Shown here in pieces: positions 28,637-39,684 of a stretch of DNA of 64,000 bases (within the stretch, counting starts at the first letter, position 1; each line of letters opens with the position of its first letter). The stretch comes from Lysobacterales bacterium (GTDB lineage: Bacteria; Pseudomonadota; Gammaproteobacteria; Xanthomonadales; Marinicellaceae). The DNA lies in NCBI GenBank assembly GCA_026988115.1, contig JALSLV010000008.1, positions 2,924-66,923 on the forward strand, read 5' to 3'. The notes beneath the pieces were generated by a model. That model saw only the letters and a program-made list of their open reading frames with translations. It was not told the DNA's origin and ran no database searches. The position numbers were made by a program, and so were the translations under genes.

Positions 28637-30676
28637 TTAAAAAAGATGGTTTAATGATACTTGGTAATTGCGTCCAGCAGCCTCGAGTCCTGAACCATGT
28701 TCTCGGTATTTTTTATCAAATATATTCTCTATTCCAAAACGAAGGGTTGATGTGCCTGAGAGTTTCCAATTTACATGAACATTATAGGTGGTAAATCCTC
28801 CCGTTCCATTGGGATGAATGCGAGGGTCTCGAATATCGCGTGCACTTAATCGGTCTTGCGCAGCAGCAAAAATAATTTTTGGATTTATGCTCCACTTGTC
28901 ATTTATTGTTTTTTTGTAGCCAATAAATCCGTTCAGTGGTGGAACTCTATCGGCTGGTTCTGACACTAATTGTGAGTTTTCTCTTCCCCAGGTATAATTT
29001 ATTACCGCCTTAAGTTCGGATGTATCACTGATATCATACCGAATACTGCTCTCTAACCCATAAAGAACCACGTCATTAATATTTTGGGAGTGGACGATAA
29101 ATTGCCCAGAATCGGTTAATTCTCCTGTTTCAACACTGGCAATTTTATCGGTGTATTGAGAGTAGAATAAGGCAAAATCTACAAACCAATGGCTGCCGAA
29201 ATGTTTCCAACCAATATCCAGTGTGTGTACTGATTCTGGTTTTATTTCTGTATTGATGATATTAAAACGATTGCCGGGTCTTTCTCCTATCTGTCCCAAA
29301 TCAAATATATTGGGCGGCCTAAAACCACGACCTAAATTAGCAAACAGGCGGTTATTGGTATCAACATGATACAGCCAGCCGACATGCCAAGTTAAATCGT
29401 CTAAATCCAAAACATCATGAGCAATATCTGGGCTGTTTAAATCAATGCGATAATCACTGTAACGGACTCCAAAAGTAATGTCTTGCCTTTCTAAATATTT
29501 GGTCGCATCGGCAAATATTCCCAGATGACGCATGGTAGAGTTATCAGGAAAACGCGAGGGTTTTTCGCTTTGAATCCCAAAGGATAATTCTTGTTTAGCG
29601 CTATTGATAGTGTCGTGGTAATAATCAAGCCCATAAACCACATCAATGCCTTTGTTAAAACTCTTATTAAATGTGCTTTGAAATGTAAAAAGTGTGCTTT
29701 GGTTTTGCTCTTTTGTAAGGGAGTCAGAACCAAAGGGAGACCTCATGCGGTGGTCTTTAATTTTTTGCCAAGCAACATGGTAATCAGACTGATCATAAAT
29801 CGCAGTACTGCTTTGGTCATTATAGCTTAAATGAACAAATTGCCTTTCGTTGGGTGAATACAAAAATAAAGAAGAGTCGGGTTGTATTTGACCAAAACCC
29901 GCCACCAAATCATCAACCCGAGGTGTGGCAGGTTGAGACAAGAATTGCATATCAAAGGTAAGGGCTTTGTGTTCGTTTAGTTTAAACACCCACTTATTAT
30001 TAAATGCTTTTGATGTATAGGCAGTAAATGGAATAGTCTCTCCACCACCGATTGTGCGTGTGCCTATATCTTGGTAACTTAAACCGACTGTTGTGGCAAT
30101 TTTATCATTACCAAAATCCATCATGACATGACTTAAACTTTTCTCGTCAGCCGAATCATAAGAAAAGAAAACATCACCTTGTTGTTGCCATTCTTGACCT
30201 GAAAACTGGGGTGTATGCGTAATGACATTGAGCACACCTCCTAATGCATCACCTCCATAAAGCACGGATGCAGGACCACGGATTATTTCAATTTGTTCGG
30301 TCATGAAAGGGTCAACCAGAGCTAAATATTGGTTAGGTGAATTGCGAAAAAAGGCAGTATTTAAACGCATGCCATCAATTAAATGAACATTTTCTGAGCC
30401 TTTTAGTCCACGAATAATAGGAATGCCTTGTCCTGGAGTGGTTTGTTGAATATACACGCCTGCTTCTTCACGCAGTAAATCAGGCAAAAGGGTAATGTTT
30501 TTTTCAAGGATTTCTGCTTTGGTCACAACCGAAACAGCGGTCGATAGGTTTTCAACACTTTGTGCTTTTTTTGAGGCAATTACGACAACATTTTCAATGG
30601 TATCCGCTTCATCATTGCTGTGCATTTCTGCTTGAGATACGGCGAGAGTTTGCAAAATAGAAATTAGTGTTATCAT
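28637..30676 (-). CDS. TonB-dependent outer-membrane receptor
   Basis: 679 aa with plug-domain motifs (VVTKAEI, IRGL, GGVLNVIT). It has beta-barrel repeats and a terminal aromatic residue (..SLNHLF). Confidence 0.85.
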   Translation of the reverse strand: MITLISILQTLAVSQAEMHSNDEADTIENVVVIASKKAQSVENLSTAVSVVTKAEILEKNITLLPDLLREEAGVYIQQTTPGQGIPIIRGLKGSENVHLIDGMRLNTAFFRNSPNQYLALVDPFMTEQIEIIRGPASVLYGGDALGGVLNVITHTPQFSGQEWQQQGDVFFSYDSADEKSLSHVMMDFGNDKIATTVGLSYQDIGTRTIGGGETIPFTAYTSKAFNNKWVFKLNEHKALTFDMQFLSQPATPRVDDLVAGFGQIQPDSSLFLYSPNERQFVHLSYNDQSSTAIYDQSDYHVAWQKIKDHRMRSPFGSDSLTKEQNQSTLFTFQSTFNKSFNKGIDVVYGLDYYHDTINSAKQELSFGIQSEKPSRFPDNSTMRHLGIFADATKYLERQDITFGVRYSDYRIDLNSPDIAHDVLDLDDLTWHVGWLYHVDTNNRLFANLGRGFRPPNIFDLGQIGERPGNRFNIINTEIKPESVHTLDIGWKHFGSHWFVDFALFYSQYTDKIASVETGELTDSGQFIVHSQNINDVVLYGLESSIRYDISDTSELKAVINYTWGRENSQLVSEPADRVPPLNGFIGYKKTINDKWSINPKIIFAAAQDRLSARDIRDPRIHPNGTGGFTTYNVHVNWKLSGTSTLRFGIENIFDKKYREHGSGLEAAGRNYQVSLNHLF

Positions 30677-30748
30677 GAATCAAAAAATCCTAAAAGAGAT
30701 TAAACCGATCTGAAAGTTACAAAAAGAGGCGCATTGTATCACTTAATA

Positions 30749-33424
30749 TTAACCCGCAGGGTTAATAATCAGTATGTATTTCTCTATTTCTTTTTTCGTG
30801 ATGATGTAAGCTTTGGTTAATTTTGTATAAAGCGTAACTAAATCGCTAATTGGATTTTTATTTGTGGAAGCCACTTCCATTTTGCGTGCAAAGAAACTTA
30901 AACCATTGGCTCCAATATTAGCACTAGTTGATTTTAACATGTGGGCTTTTTTCTTAACCTCATCACGGTCTTTGTTTTTTAAAGCTTCCCTTATACTTGA
31001 TAATATTTTGGGTGTTTCTTGCTCAAACATTTCCAGTAACTGGTGAATTTCTTCACCCATAAACTCTTGAATTTCTTCAAGTGCTTTTATATTTAACCAT
31101 TTTGAGTTGATAGAACTCAGGTTGTTTTCTGCTTTTGACGTTGCAGGCTTTTCACTTAAAGTCTCCAAGGGTATCGTTTGTGTGTTATTACTTTGAGAGG
31201 GCTCTAATTTTGATGGAGCCTTATGAAGTATCAAAGGATCCCATTTTTTTAACGTTTTTTCTAAAATATAACGGTTCAATGGTTTAGACATGTAATCATC
31301 CATGCCCGCATCCAAACATTTTTCTTTATCTCCCATCATGGCATTGGCAGTCATTGCTAAAATTGGCGTATGGTTTAATCCCGCAGCCGTCTCATAATCT
31401 CTCACCCTAGCCGTACATTTATAACCATCCATTACAGGCATTTGGCAGTCCATTAAAATCATTCGATAACGGTTTTGTTTCACTTTTTCTAATGCTTCTT
31501 GCCCATTTAAAGCAACATCAAAAGGGTAGCCAATGTATTGAATGAGTTTTTCGGCTACTTTTAAATTGATTTCATTATCTTCCACTAACAGTATTTCTGG
31601 AATGATGTTTTCAAGTTCTTTTGGGTCTTCTGTGACTTTGCCTACATTTGCAGAGGTTTTAACTTCTTCTGCAATAGACTCTTGTGCTGCCTGCATGACT
31701 TCAATCCGATTGAGGTGTTCTTCAATATCATCATGTTTGGATAGCAGTTTGACGTTTTTAAGACTAGGAATACCCGCAATGTTTTTATTCTCGGTTAGAA
31801 TTAAAACATGAAGGTTTGCCATTTTATTGTCTTTTTCAATATCCTCACATAAGCTTCGGACTTGTTTCCCTGCTGTTTCAAAATCAAGCAACATGATAAC
31901 GTTTTTAGTGTTGTCTGAATTTTTATTTATGGATTCATATATTTCATAGGCTTGAGTTAAGCCAAGAGCTTTTTGAAAATTAATATTTAATGCCTTCAAA
32001 TCTTTTGATACTTTGTTAAACAATAAAGGGTTTGTGTTGATAATTATCGCTTGAAAACTGGACGAACTGGTAATGCCTGATTGTGTTTCACCAACAGATT
32101 TCAATAAAGGCAAGTCAAAGAAAAAGGTACTGCCTCTGCCTTTTTCTGATTTTAATCCGATTGTACCATGCATTAATTCGACTATTTTCTTGCTAATGGC
32201 TAAACCCAAGCCTGTTCCGCCAAACTTACGTGTGCTCGAACCATCTTCTTGAGTAAAGGGTAGAAAGATGTTTTCTATGGTTTCTTTATCCAACCCAATG
32301 CCTTGGTCGGCAACCGAAAAACGAACCACCTCTTTATCAGGAAAATCTTTTAATTTCTTTGCCGAAATCTTTACCGTTCCGCCAGAAGAAAATTTAATGG
32401 CATTACTAATGAGATTGGATAACACTTGACGTATTCGTGTCGGATCTCCGCGCAATAAAGGACTAACGTTGTTGTTGATTTTAACAACTAAGGAAATGTT
32501 TTTATTATCCGCTGCCTTTTGATAGGTGGATTTGATTGAATCCATTAAACGTAGTATTTTAATACCACGAATTTCGACTGATAACTTTCCAGCTTCGACT
32601 TTAGAATAATCAAGCAAATCATCGATTAACTTTTGCATTTGAATGGCAGAAACATGGGCGGTACTTAAATAATCTTTTTGAAAGTCCGACAATTCAGAAT
32701 CAAGCAATATGTCCAGTAGGGGAATGATGCCATTTAAGGGCGTTCTAATTTCATGGCTCATGGTTGCCAAAAATTCCATTTTAGCCATTGATGCCGCAGA
32801 GAGTTCAGATTCAATTTGTTTAATTTGATTGGTCAATTCTTGGTTGGCTTCTTTCATTTGATCAACTTGCGAGACTAATTCCAATTTTCCTGATTGGGAT
32901 TGACTATCACTTATTTTTGATGTTTTTTTAACTTCAACTTCGTCTTTATAGTAAGTAAAAACAAATAACAGAGCCATAAAAACTAGGGTCGAAACAGCCA
33001 GCCCTGTGTGCGCTGGGTTTTCAAAAAACATTAACAAAACCACGTCGATGATAAGCAATGGGATTATTGCATAAAAGACATTCTTAATGTCTCTCAAGTA
33101 CAGCAGTGCTGCAGCAGACAAGACCACAAAAACAAGAGAGTAGTGACCCGTATTATGTTGTAAAGAACTCCACATATAGAAGCCCCAAAATAAAGAACTC
33201 AACAATAAAAAATTTTCTTGGATATAAGCCTTTTGGTCGTAGGTTAATTTGTTTTGGATAATTGCTACTTTAGATAAGACAGGAATAAAAGTTAGGATAA
33301 CTGCAACCCAAGCATAAACAGAGAACAGACCAAGACCTGAGGTGACTGTTGCCAAAACAAATGAGGTCACGAAGTATTTTGCACTATCTGTCTGTTGTAA
33401 AAAGTCTAGAATCCGATTAAGCAT
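30749..33424 (-). CDS. hybrid sensor histidine kinase/response regulator with HPt domain
   Basis: 891 aa with N-terminal TM helices and a coiled coil. H-box ATMSHEIRTPLNG, N-box LSNLISNAIKF, G-boxes DQGIGL and GGTGLGL. Receiver LLVEDNEINLKV..ILMDCQMPVMDG..KP. C-terminal HPt KKKAHMLKSTSANIGA. Confidence 0.9.
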   Translation of the reverse strand: MLNRILDFLQQTDSAKYFVTSFVLATVTSGLGLFSVYAWVAVILTFIPVLSKVAIIQNKLTYDQKAYIQENFLLLSSLFWGFYMWSSLQHNTGHYSLVFVVLSAAALLYLRDIKNVFYAIIPLLIIDVVLLMFFENPAHTGLAVSTLVFMALLFVFTYYKDEVEVKKTSKISDSQSQSGKLELVSQVDQMKEANQELTNQIKQIESELSAASMAKMEFLATMSHEIRTPLNGIIPLLDILLDSELSDFQKDYLSTAHVSAIQMQKLIDDLLDYSKVEAGKLSVEIRGIKILRLMDSIKSTYQKAADNKNISLVVKINNNVSPLLRGDPTRIRQVLSNLISNAIKFSSGGTVKISAKKLKDFPDKEVVRFSVADQGIGLDKETIENIFLPFTQEDGSSTRKFGGTGLGLAISKKIVELMHGTIGLKSEKGRGSTFFFDLPLLKSVGETQSGITSSSSFQAIIINTNPLLFNKVSKDLKALNINFQKALGLTQAYEIYESINKNSDNTKNVIMLLDFETAGKQVRSLCEDIEKDNKMANLHVLILTENKNIAGIPSLKNVKLLSKHDDIEEHLNRIEVMQAAQESIAEEVKTSANVGKVTEDPKELENIIPEILLVEDNEINLKVAEKLIQYIGYPFDVALNGQEALEKVKQNRYRMILMDCQMPVMDGYKCTARVRDYETAAGLNHTPILAMTANAMMGDKEKCLDAGMDDYMSKPLNRYILEKTLKKWDPLILHKAPSKLEPSQSNNTQTIPLETLSEKPATSKAENNLSSINSKWLNIKALEEIQEFMGEEIHQLLEMFEQETPKILSSIREALKNKDRDEVKKKAHMLKSTSANIGANGLSFFARKMEVASTNKNPISDLVTLYTKLTKAYIITKKEIEKYILIINPAG

Positions 33425-33636
33425 AGGAATATAAAAGCTTGAATTAAAGAAATATTCTAACAGAATTAATTAAGAAATTGCCAAAATAATGCGTTGTTTT
33501 ATTGTTATAGTCAGATTCTAAAGCAATTTATACTGCTGTGTGGCTTATCAAAATTAAACTTGTTCACAATAATATGTGGAAATTATTACTTAACAGCGAT
33601 AAACTAAATGGATATTAAATACTAAGGTTAAATCGT

Positions 33637-34674
33637 ATGGATATTGCAGAGTTGCTCGCTTTTTCAGTAAAAAATAAGGCATCAGATTTACATTTGTCAG
33701 CAGGTTTACCCCCCATGATACGTGTGGATGGAGATGTACGTCGCATAAATTTACCACCACTTGATCACAAAGAATTGCACGCCATGATTTATGACATCAT
33801 GAACGACGGGCAAAGAAAAGAATACGAAGAAATTTGGGAACTGGATTTTTCTTTTGAAATTCCTGGTCTTGCGCGTTTTCGTGTTAATGCCTTTAATCAA
33901 AATCGTGGCTGTTCAGCTGTTTTTAGAACCATTCCAACAGAAATATTAACTCTTGAAGACTTAAATTGCCCACCAATATTTAAGGAACTCATCAGTGTGC
34001 CACGGGGTTTGATTCTTGTGACAGGACCAACAGGTTCTGGTAAGTCAACAACATTGGCAGCCATGATAGATTACATCAATAAAAACGAACATGGTCACAT
34101 ATTGACAATCGAAGATCCGATAGAATTTGTACACACCAGTAATAAATGCTTAATTAATCAACGCGAGGTCTTTAGGGACACCAAGAGCTTTAGCAAATCG
34201 CTTAAATCTGCCTTGCGTGAAGATCCTGATATTATTTTGGTTGGTGAGTTACGTGATTTAGAAACCATTGAGTTAGCTTTAACAGCTGCTGAAACGGGTC
34301 ACTTGGTTTTTGGAACCTTGCACACCAGTTCTGCTGCCAAAACTATTGATAGGATTATTGATGTGTTTCCTGCTGGTGAAAAACCCATGGTTCGTTCCAT
34401 GTTGTCCGAATCACTGCGGGCAGTTGTGGCACAAACCCTTCTTAAGAGGGTTGGTGGTGGTCGAGTTGCTGCCCATGAAATCATGGTTGGGGTGCCAGCA
34501 ATCCGAAATTTAATTCGTGAAGATAAGATTGCACAAATGTATTCATCCATTCAAACAGGGCAATCTTACGGCATGCAAACACTGGATCAATGCCTGATTG
34601 ACTTGGTACAAAAAGGTGTTGTGACACGTCAGCATGCACGCGCAAAAGCGGCTAATAAAGCTGATTTTGAATAA
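33637..34674 (+). CDS. pilT: type IV pilus twitching motility ATPase PilT
   Basis: 345 aa with DLHLSAG, Walker A GPTGSGKST, the Asp box ILTIEDPIEF, Walker B ILVGELRD and the His box TLHTSSA. Confidence 0.9.
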   Translation: MDIAELLAFSVKNKASDLHLSAGLPPMIRVDGDVRRINLPPLDHKELHAMIYDIMNDGQRKEYEEIWELDFSFEIPGLARFRVNAFNQNRGCSAVFRTIPTEILTLEDLNCPPIFKELISVPRGLILVTGPTGSGKSTTLAAMIDYINKNEHGHILTIEDPIEFVHTSNKCLINQREVFRDTKSFSKSLKSALREDPDIILVGELRDLETIELALTAAETGHLVFGTLHTSSAAKTIDRIIDVFPAGEKPMVRSMLSESLRAVVAQTLLKRVGGGRVAAHEIMVGVPAIRNLIREDKIAQMYSSIQTGQSYGMQTLDQCLIDLVQKGVVTRQHARAKAANKADFE

Positions 34675-34693
34675 TTAATAAGAGAGAACAATC

Positions 34694-35815
34694 ATGGATT
34701 TTAATTCCTACCTGAAATTAATGGCTCATAAAAAAGCCTCAGATTTATTTATTACGGCAAACTTGCCACCCAGTATCAAAATTCATGGTCGAGTTGTGCC
34801 CATAACCCAAACACCTTTGTCAAAAGCACAAGCAAAAGACTTGGTGATGGGCATAATGTCACCTTCTCAAAAAGAAGTCTTTGAAAGAACCCATGAGTGC
34901 AATTTTGCCATTGGCGTTGCGGCCGTTGGTCGATTTCGTGTTAGTGCTTTTTATCAACGCGCTTCAGTGGGGATGGTTATCCGTCGAGTTGAAACCAAAA
35001 TCCCAACATTTGATTCGTTAAACTTACCTCCAATTCTGCCTGAGTTGGCACTGACAAAACGTGGGATTATGATTTTCGTTGGTGGTACAGGTACAGGTAA
35101 ATCAACCTCACTGGCTGCTTTGATTGGTTACCGAAATGTCAACACCACTGGACACATCATTACCATTGAAGACCCAATAGAGTATGTTCACGAGCACCAA
35201 GGTTGCGTCATTACTCAACGAGAAGTTGGCATTGATACTGATTCTTTCGAAATCGCACTTCGCAACACCTTAAGGCAAGCCCCAGATGTCATTATGATTG
35301 GCGAAATCAGAACGCGTGAGACGATGGAGCACGCCATCACCTTTGCTGAAACGGGTCACTTTTGTTTAGCCACTTTGCATGCTAATAATGCTAACCAAGC
35401 ATTGGATCGAATACTGCATTTCTTTCCTGAAGACAGACGCGATCAGCTGTTGATGGACTTATCCTTAAACATGAAGGCAATGATTGCTCAACAATTAATC
35501 CCCACCCCAGATGGCAAAGGACGAAGAGCCGCAGTAGAGGTGTTAATTAACACACCATTAGCAAAAGAACTCATTCGCAAAGGGGAAATTCACAAGCTAA
35601 AAGAATTAATGAAAAAATCAACCAATCTTGGCATGATTACATTTGATCAGTCGCTATTTGAGTTATACCAAGCCGGCGAAATTACCTATGAAGATGCCTT
35701 GCGCCATGCAGATTCGGCTAATGAAGTTCGATTAGCCATTAAACTCTCTCAAGGTGGTGATGCCAATAGTTTAGCAGCAGGACTTGATGGCATTGGCTTA
35801 ATGGAAGATAAATAA
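34694..35815 (+). CDS. pilU: PilT-family ATPase PilU
   Basis: 373 aa and paralogous to pilT, with GGTGTGKST, ITIEDPIEY and TLHANNA. It lies directly downstream of pilT. Confidence 0.85.
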   Translation: MDFNSYLKLMAHKKASDLFITANLPPSIKIHGRVVPITQTPLSKAQAKDLVMGIMSPSQKEVFERTHECNFAIGVAAVGRFRVSAFYQRASVGMVIRRVETKIPTFDSLNLPPILPELALTKRGIMIFVGGTGTGKSTSLAALIGYRNVNTTGHIITIEDPIEYVHEHQGCVITQREVGIDTDSFEIALRNTLRQAPDVIMIGEIRTRETMEHAITFAETGHFCLATLHANNANQALDRILHFFPEDRRDQLLMDLSLNMKAMIAQQLIPTPDGKGRRAAVEVLINTPLAKELIRKGEIHKLKELMKKSTNLGMITFDQSLFELYQAGEITYEDALRHADSANEVRLAIKLSQGGDANSLAAGLDGIGLMEDK

Positions 35816-35828
35816 GATATTATAAGTT

Positions 35829-36653
35829 ATGCCAGAACAAACCTCACATCAGAAAAGTTGGCGCTCAAAGATATTTAAAATCATTTACCACTCAGATACT
35901 CCTGCTGGTAAATGGTTTGATATTTTACTCATCGTATTTATCATTGGCAGTGTCTTAACCATTATCCTTGATAGTGTCGCGCAATTGCACTTAGATTATG
36001 GGCATTGGTTTTATCTTTTAGAATGGATCTTCACCATAATATTCACTTTTGAATTTATCATTAGAGTCATCAGTATACGCCGTCCATTGCGGTATGTTTT
36101 TTCTTTTTTTGGCATAGTGGATATCTTGTCTATATTGCCAACTTACTTATCCTTATTTATTGGTGGTGCTCAACACTTATTAATTCTCCGTATTTTAAGA
36201 ATTCTGCGTGTGTTTAGAATATTAAAGTTAGTTAGGTACACAAAAGAAGCCCAGTTACTTACTCAATCATTAGCAAATTCACGGCATAAAATATTTGTAT
36301 TTTTCTTTTTTATTATTACCGTTTTGGTTTTATTTGGTTCAATCATGTACTTAATAGAAGGGCCAGAAAATGGATTTGATAGCATTCCTGGTGGAATTTA
36401 TTGGGCTGTGGTGACATTAACCACCGTTGGTTATGGAGATATTGCACCGCATACCATTCTTGGGCGCATGGTGGCATCGATGATTATGCTCACAGGTTAC
36501 TCTATTATTGCTGTTCCAACGGGAATATTTGCTGCCGAATTTAATAAAGAAACTAAACGAGTGCGGGATAATGCTCGCGTATGCACCACATGCAATTTAA
36601 GGGGGCATACTAAAAACGCCATCTATTGCCGCAGATGCGGTGAAGAACTTTAA
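35829..36653 (+). CDS. voltage-gated-type K+ channel with C-terminal Cys4 zinc-ribbon-like tail
   Basis: 274 aa with an S4-like RILRILRVFRILKLVRY, the selectivity filter TTVGYGD, and the C-terminal CTTCN..x12..CRRCG. Confidence 0.8.
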   Translation: MPEQTSHQKSWRSKIFKIIYHSDTPAGKWFDILLIVFIIGSVLTIILDSVAQLHLDYGHWFYLLEWIFTIIFTFEFIIRVISIRRPLRYVFSFFGIVDILSILPTYLSLFIGGAQHLLILRILRILRVFRILKLVRYTKEAQLLTQSLANSRHKIFVFFFFIITVLVLFGSIMYLIEGPENGFDSIPGGIYWAVVTLTTVGYGDIAPHTILGRMVASMIMLTGYSIIAVPTGIFAAEFNKETKRVRDNARVCTTCNLRGHTKNAIYCRRCGEEL

Positions 36654-36727
36654 GATTGTTTTCTAGTCGAAGCCTAATTGGTTTTTTTCAGGTATAATCT
36701 CTGGGTCTGAAAAAACGGAGAAATTCC

Positions 36728-38872
36728 ATGAAAAAAATCATCCTTACTCTCTTAACTCTCGGAGTCTTAAGCGCGTGTATGCAAACAAACAAAAAAAACA
36801 CCACGAAACAGGTCACAAACAACTCACCCATTACTTACCCTAATACAAAAAAAGGAGACGTGGTTGATAACTACTTTGGTACAGCCGTTGCCGATCCCTA
36901 CCGATGGTTAGAGGATGATAGGGCAGAAGACACAGCAGCTTGGGTGAAAGCCGAAAATAAAGTGACTCATGATTACTTAAATCAAATACCCTACCGTGAA
37001 AAAATAAAAAACCGTTTAACTAAAATCTGGAACTACGAAAAAGTCACGGCTCCATTTAAAGAAGGCAAATACACCTATTTTTATAAAAACAATGGTTTAC
37101 AAAATCAATACGTTATGTATCGCAAAGACGCCAACGGCAATGAAGAAATTTTCTTAGATCCCAATACGTTTAGCGAAGATGGTACGGTTTCACTTGGACA
37201 GGTGAGTTTTTCAAAAGATGGCTCAATTGCCGCTTATGCGATTAGTGAAGGTGGCAGTGATTGGCGCAAAGTCAAAGTTATTGATGTCGAGTCAAAACAA
37301 CAAACCGAAGAAACATTGGTTGATATTAAATTTTCAGGGCTCTCATGGTATAAAAATGAAGGCTTTTATTACTCCAGTTATGACAAGCCAAAGGGCAGTG
37401 AATTATCGGCGAAAACCGACCAACACAAATTGTATTACCACAAATTAGGCACAAAACAATCAACTGACCAGGTGGTTTTTGGTGGCACAGCAGCACAAAA
37501 ACACCGTTATGTCGGTGGCGATGTCACTGAGGACAACCATTATTTAATTATTTCAGGTGCCGTTTCAACCAATGGCAATCGTCTATTTCTTAAAGATTTA
37601 ACCAAAGCAAATTCCCCATTAGTTACTATTTTAGATCACACCGATTCTAATACTTATGTGATTGATAACATCGGTTCAAAACTATATTTGGTGACGGATT
37701 TAAATGCACCAAATAAAAAAGTGGTGACCGTTGATGCATCAAACCCAACATCAACAAACTGGGTTGATTTCATTTCTGAAACAAATAATGTTTTATCAAC
37801 AAGCACTGGTTCTGGTTATTTTTTCGCCAATTATATGGTCGATGCGGTCACACAGGTCAAACAATACGATTACGATGGTAACTTAGTGCGAGAAGTGAAG
37901 TTGCCAGGTGTCGGTACAGCCAGTGGCTTTGGTGGTAAAAAAGAGGATGAAACTTTGTATTATACCTTCTCAAATTACGTCACTCCAGGCACAACCTATG
38001 CTTATGATGCACAAACTGGGGATTCAAAGGTTTATAATAAGCCTAAAATTGATTTTGATTCCGATAGCTATACCTCAAAACAAGTATTCTACACGTCTAA
38101 AGATGGCACCAAAGTGCCGATGATAATCTCCTATAAAAAAGGCATTAAACTAAATGGCAAAAACCCAACAATCCTCTACGGTTATGGTGGATTCAACATC
38201 AGTTTAAAACCACGCTTTAGCATTACTCGCGCGGTATGGATGGAACTTGGTGGCATTTATGCGGTGGCAAACTTGCGTGGTGGTGGCGAATACGGCACCC
38301 AATGGCATGATGCGGGCACACAGCAGAAAAAGCAAAATGTGTTTGATGATTTTATTGCGGCTGGTGAGTATTTAATTAACAATAAATACACCTCGAAACA
38401 AAAACTTGCAATCATGGGAGGCTCAAACGGTGGGTTACTGGTGGGTGCAGTCATGACCCAACGCCCTGATCTTATGCAAGTGGCACTGCCAGCCGTAGGT
38501 GTACTGGATATGCTGCGTTACCACACATTTACCTCTGGTGCAGGCTGGGCGTATGATTATGGCACCAGCGAACAATCAAAAGAAATGTTTGACTACTTGC
38601 TCGGCTATTCTCCTGTACACAATGTCAAACAAGGTGTGGATTATCCTGCCACTCTTATAACAACAGGCGACCATGATGATCGCGTTGTTCCAGCTCACTC
38701 TTTTAAATTCGCCGCCCAATTGCAAGCCAAAGGCAGTAACAAAAATCCATTATTGATACGCATAGAAACCGACGCAGGTCACGGAGCAGGCACACCCGTA
38801 TCCAAAACCATCGACCAATACGCCGATATCTTTGCTTTTACTTTGTGGAATATGGGTGTTAAGCAGTTGTAA
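36728..38872 (+). CDS. prolyl oligopeptidase (S9A) lipoprotein
   Basis: 714 aa with the lipobox LGVLSAC and N-terminal DPYRWLED. The catalytic Ser motif is GGSNGGLL. Late D and H lie in GDHDDRV and DAGHG. Confidence 0.9.
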   Translation: MKKIILTLLTLGVLSACMQTNKKNTTKQVTNNSPITYPNTKKGDVVDNYFGTAVADPYRWLEDDRAEDTAAWVKAENKVTHDYLNQIPYREKIKNRLTKIWNYEKVTAPFKEGKYTYFYKNNGLQNQYVMYRKDANGNEEIFLDPNTFSEDGTVSLGQVSFSKDGSIAAYAISEGGSDWRKVKVIDVESKQQTEETLVDIKFSGLSWYKNEGFYYSSYDKPKGSELSAKTDQHKLYYHKLGTKQSTDQVVFGGTAAQKHRYVGGDVTEDNHYLIISGAVSTNGNRLFLKDLTKANSPLVTILDHTDSNTYVIDNIGSKLYLVTDLNAPNKKVVTVDASNPTSTNWVDFISETNNVLSTSTGSGYFFANYMVDAVTQVKQYDYDGNLVREVKLPGVGTASGFGGKKEDETLYYTFSNYVTPGTTYAYDAQTGDSKVYNKPKIDFDSDSYTSKQVFYTSKDGTKVPMIISYKKGIKLNGKNPTILYGYGGFNISLKPRFSITRAVWMELGGIYAVANLRGGGEYGTQWHDAGTQQKKQNVFDDFIAAGEYLINNKYTSKQKLAIMGGSNGGLLVGAVMTQRPDLMQVALPAVGVLDMLRYHTFTSGAGWAYDYGTSEQSKEMFDYLLGYSPVHNVKQGVDYPATLITTGDHDDRVVPAHSFKFAAQLQAKGSNKNPLLIRIETDAGHGAGTPVSKTIDQYADIFAFTLWNMGVKQL

Positions 38873-39045
38873 ATGTGCTAAGAGCGACTAAGAGGGCGTC
38901 TTTAGTGCAGCAGTGAATTACAAAAGACTCCATTTCGAGCCGCTACTTGAGAATCTAAAAAGCCCACTTACCTCAAAAACAACAAATGTACATTTGCACA
39001 TATGCAGACAAAATGATAAAATTTAAATTTTTTAATTATTTGAAA

Positions 39046-39288
39046 ATGAGATTATCAATAGAAGTAACACCAGAACAACACCAGCTTTTAAAAGTGGCAG
39101 CTGCTTTACAAGGTGAGTCAATTAAAGATTTCGTTTTAAAACGGACTTTGCCTGATATAGAAGAGCATATGGCTTTGAAAAAGTTAGAAGATTTTCTACG
39201 CCCAAGAATAAAGTCGGCAAAAGCAGGGAGTTTCACGAAAGATTCAGTAAATGAAATTTTTAAAAGCGTTATAAATAAGAGTATTTAA
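39046..39288 (+). CDS. ribbon-helix-helix type II antitoxin (ParD/DUF1778-like)
   Basis: The ORF starts at 38986, but I prefer the ATG at 39046 (MRLSIEVTPEQHQLLKVAAALQGESIKDFVL), giving 80 aa. Its stop lies 1 nt before the toxin start. Confidence 0.65.
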   Translation: MRLSIEVTPEQHQLLKVAAALQGESIKDFVLKRTLPDIEEHMALKKLEDFLRPRIKSAKAGSFTKDSVNEIFKSVINKSI

Positions 39289-39289
39289 A

Positions 39290-39598
39290 TTGCAAAGTTA
39301 TAAAATTACGGAAGATGCAAAAGTTGATTTAATTGAAATTGCTCACTATACTTTAAATAAATGGGGTAAAGATACATTTATCAAATATAGAAATGGGCTG
39401 GAGAAAGCCTTTAATGCCATTGCTAAACAAACCTCCATTAAGAAAATATTTTCTGAAAAACTGTCCGACGTTTTTGTGAAAAAATATAAGCATCATTACA
39501 TTTTTTATATTAACCAAAAAAACACAGTCATTATTATCGCAGTTATTCATGAAAAACGTGATATCTTAAGTCATTTGACACGACGTTTAGAGTCATAA
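39290..39598 (+). CDS. ParE/RelE-superfamily type II toxin
   Basis: 102 aa with a TTG start abutting the antitoxin stop. It has a ParE-like layout (D..I..Y....G...A..Y...L...) and the C-terminal IIIAVIHEKRD. Confidence 0.65.
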   Translation: MQSYKITEDAKVDLIEIAHYTLNKWGKDTFIKYRNGLEKAFNAIAKQTSIKKIFSEKLSDVFVKKYKHHYIFYINQKNTVIIIAVIHEKRDILSHLTRRLES

Positions 39599-39684
39599 AT
39601 AGTTCAGTTAATACACCTTGCTAAGACGGGTATTTTTTCTCATTGTCATTTGACAATCTATTCAATTAATCATTAAATACATGC

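Noticed and set aside
31800-32100. A second, degenerate receiver-like segment inside the hybrid sensor kinase, considered as a separate oddity
   Set aside because: Pseudo-receiver or linker domains between the CA and REC domains are common in hybrid kinases. Nothing in the sequence suggests a disruption or a fusion artefact.
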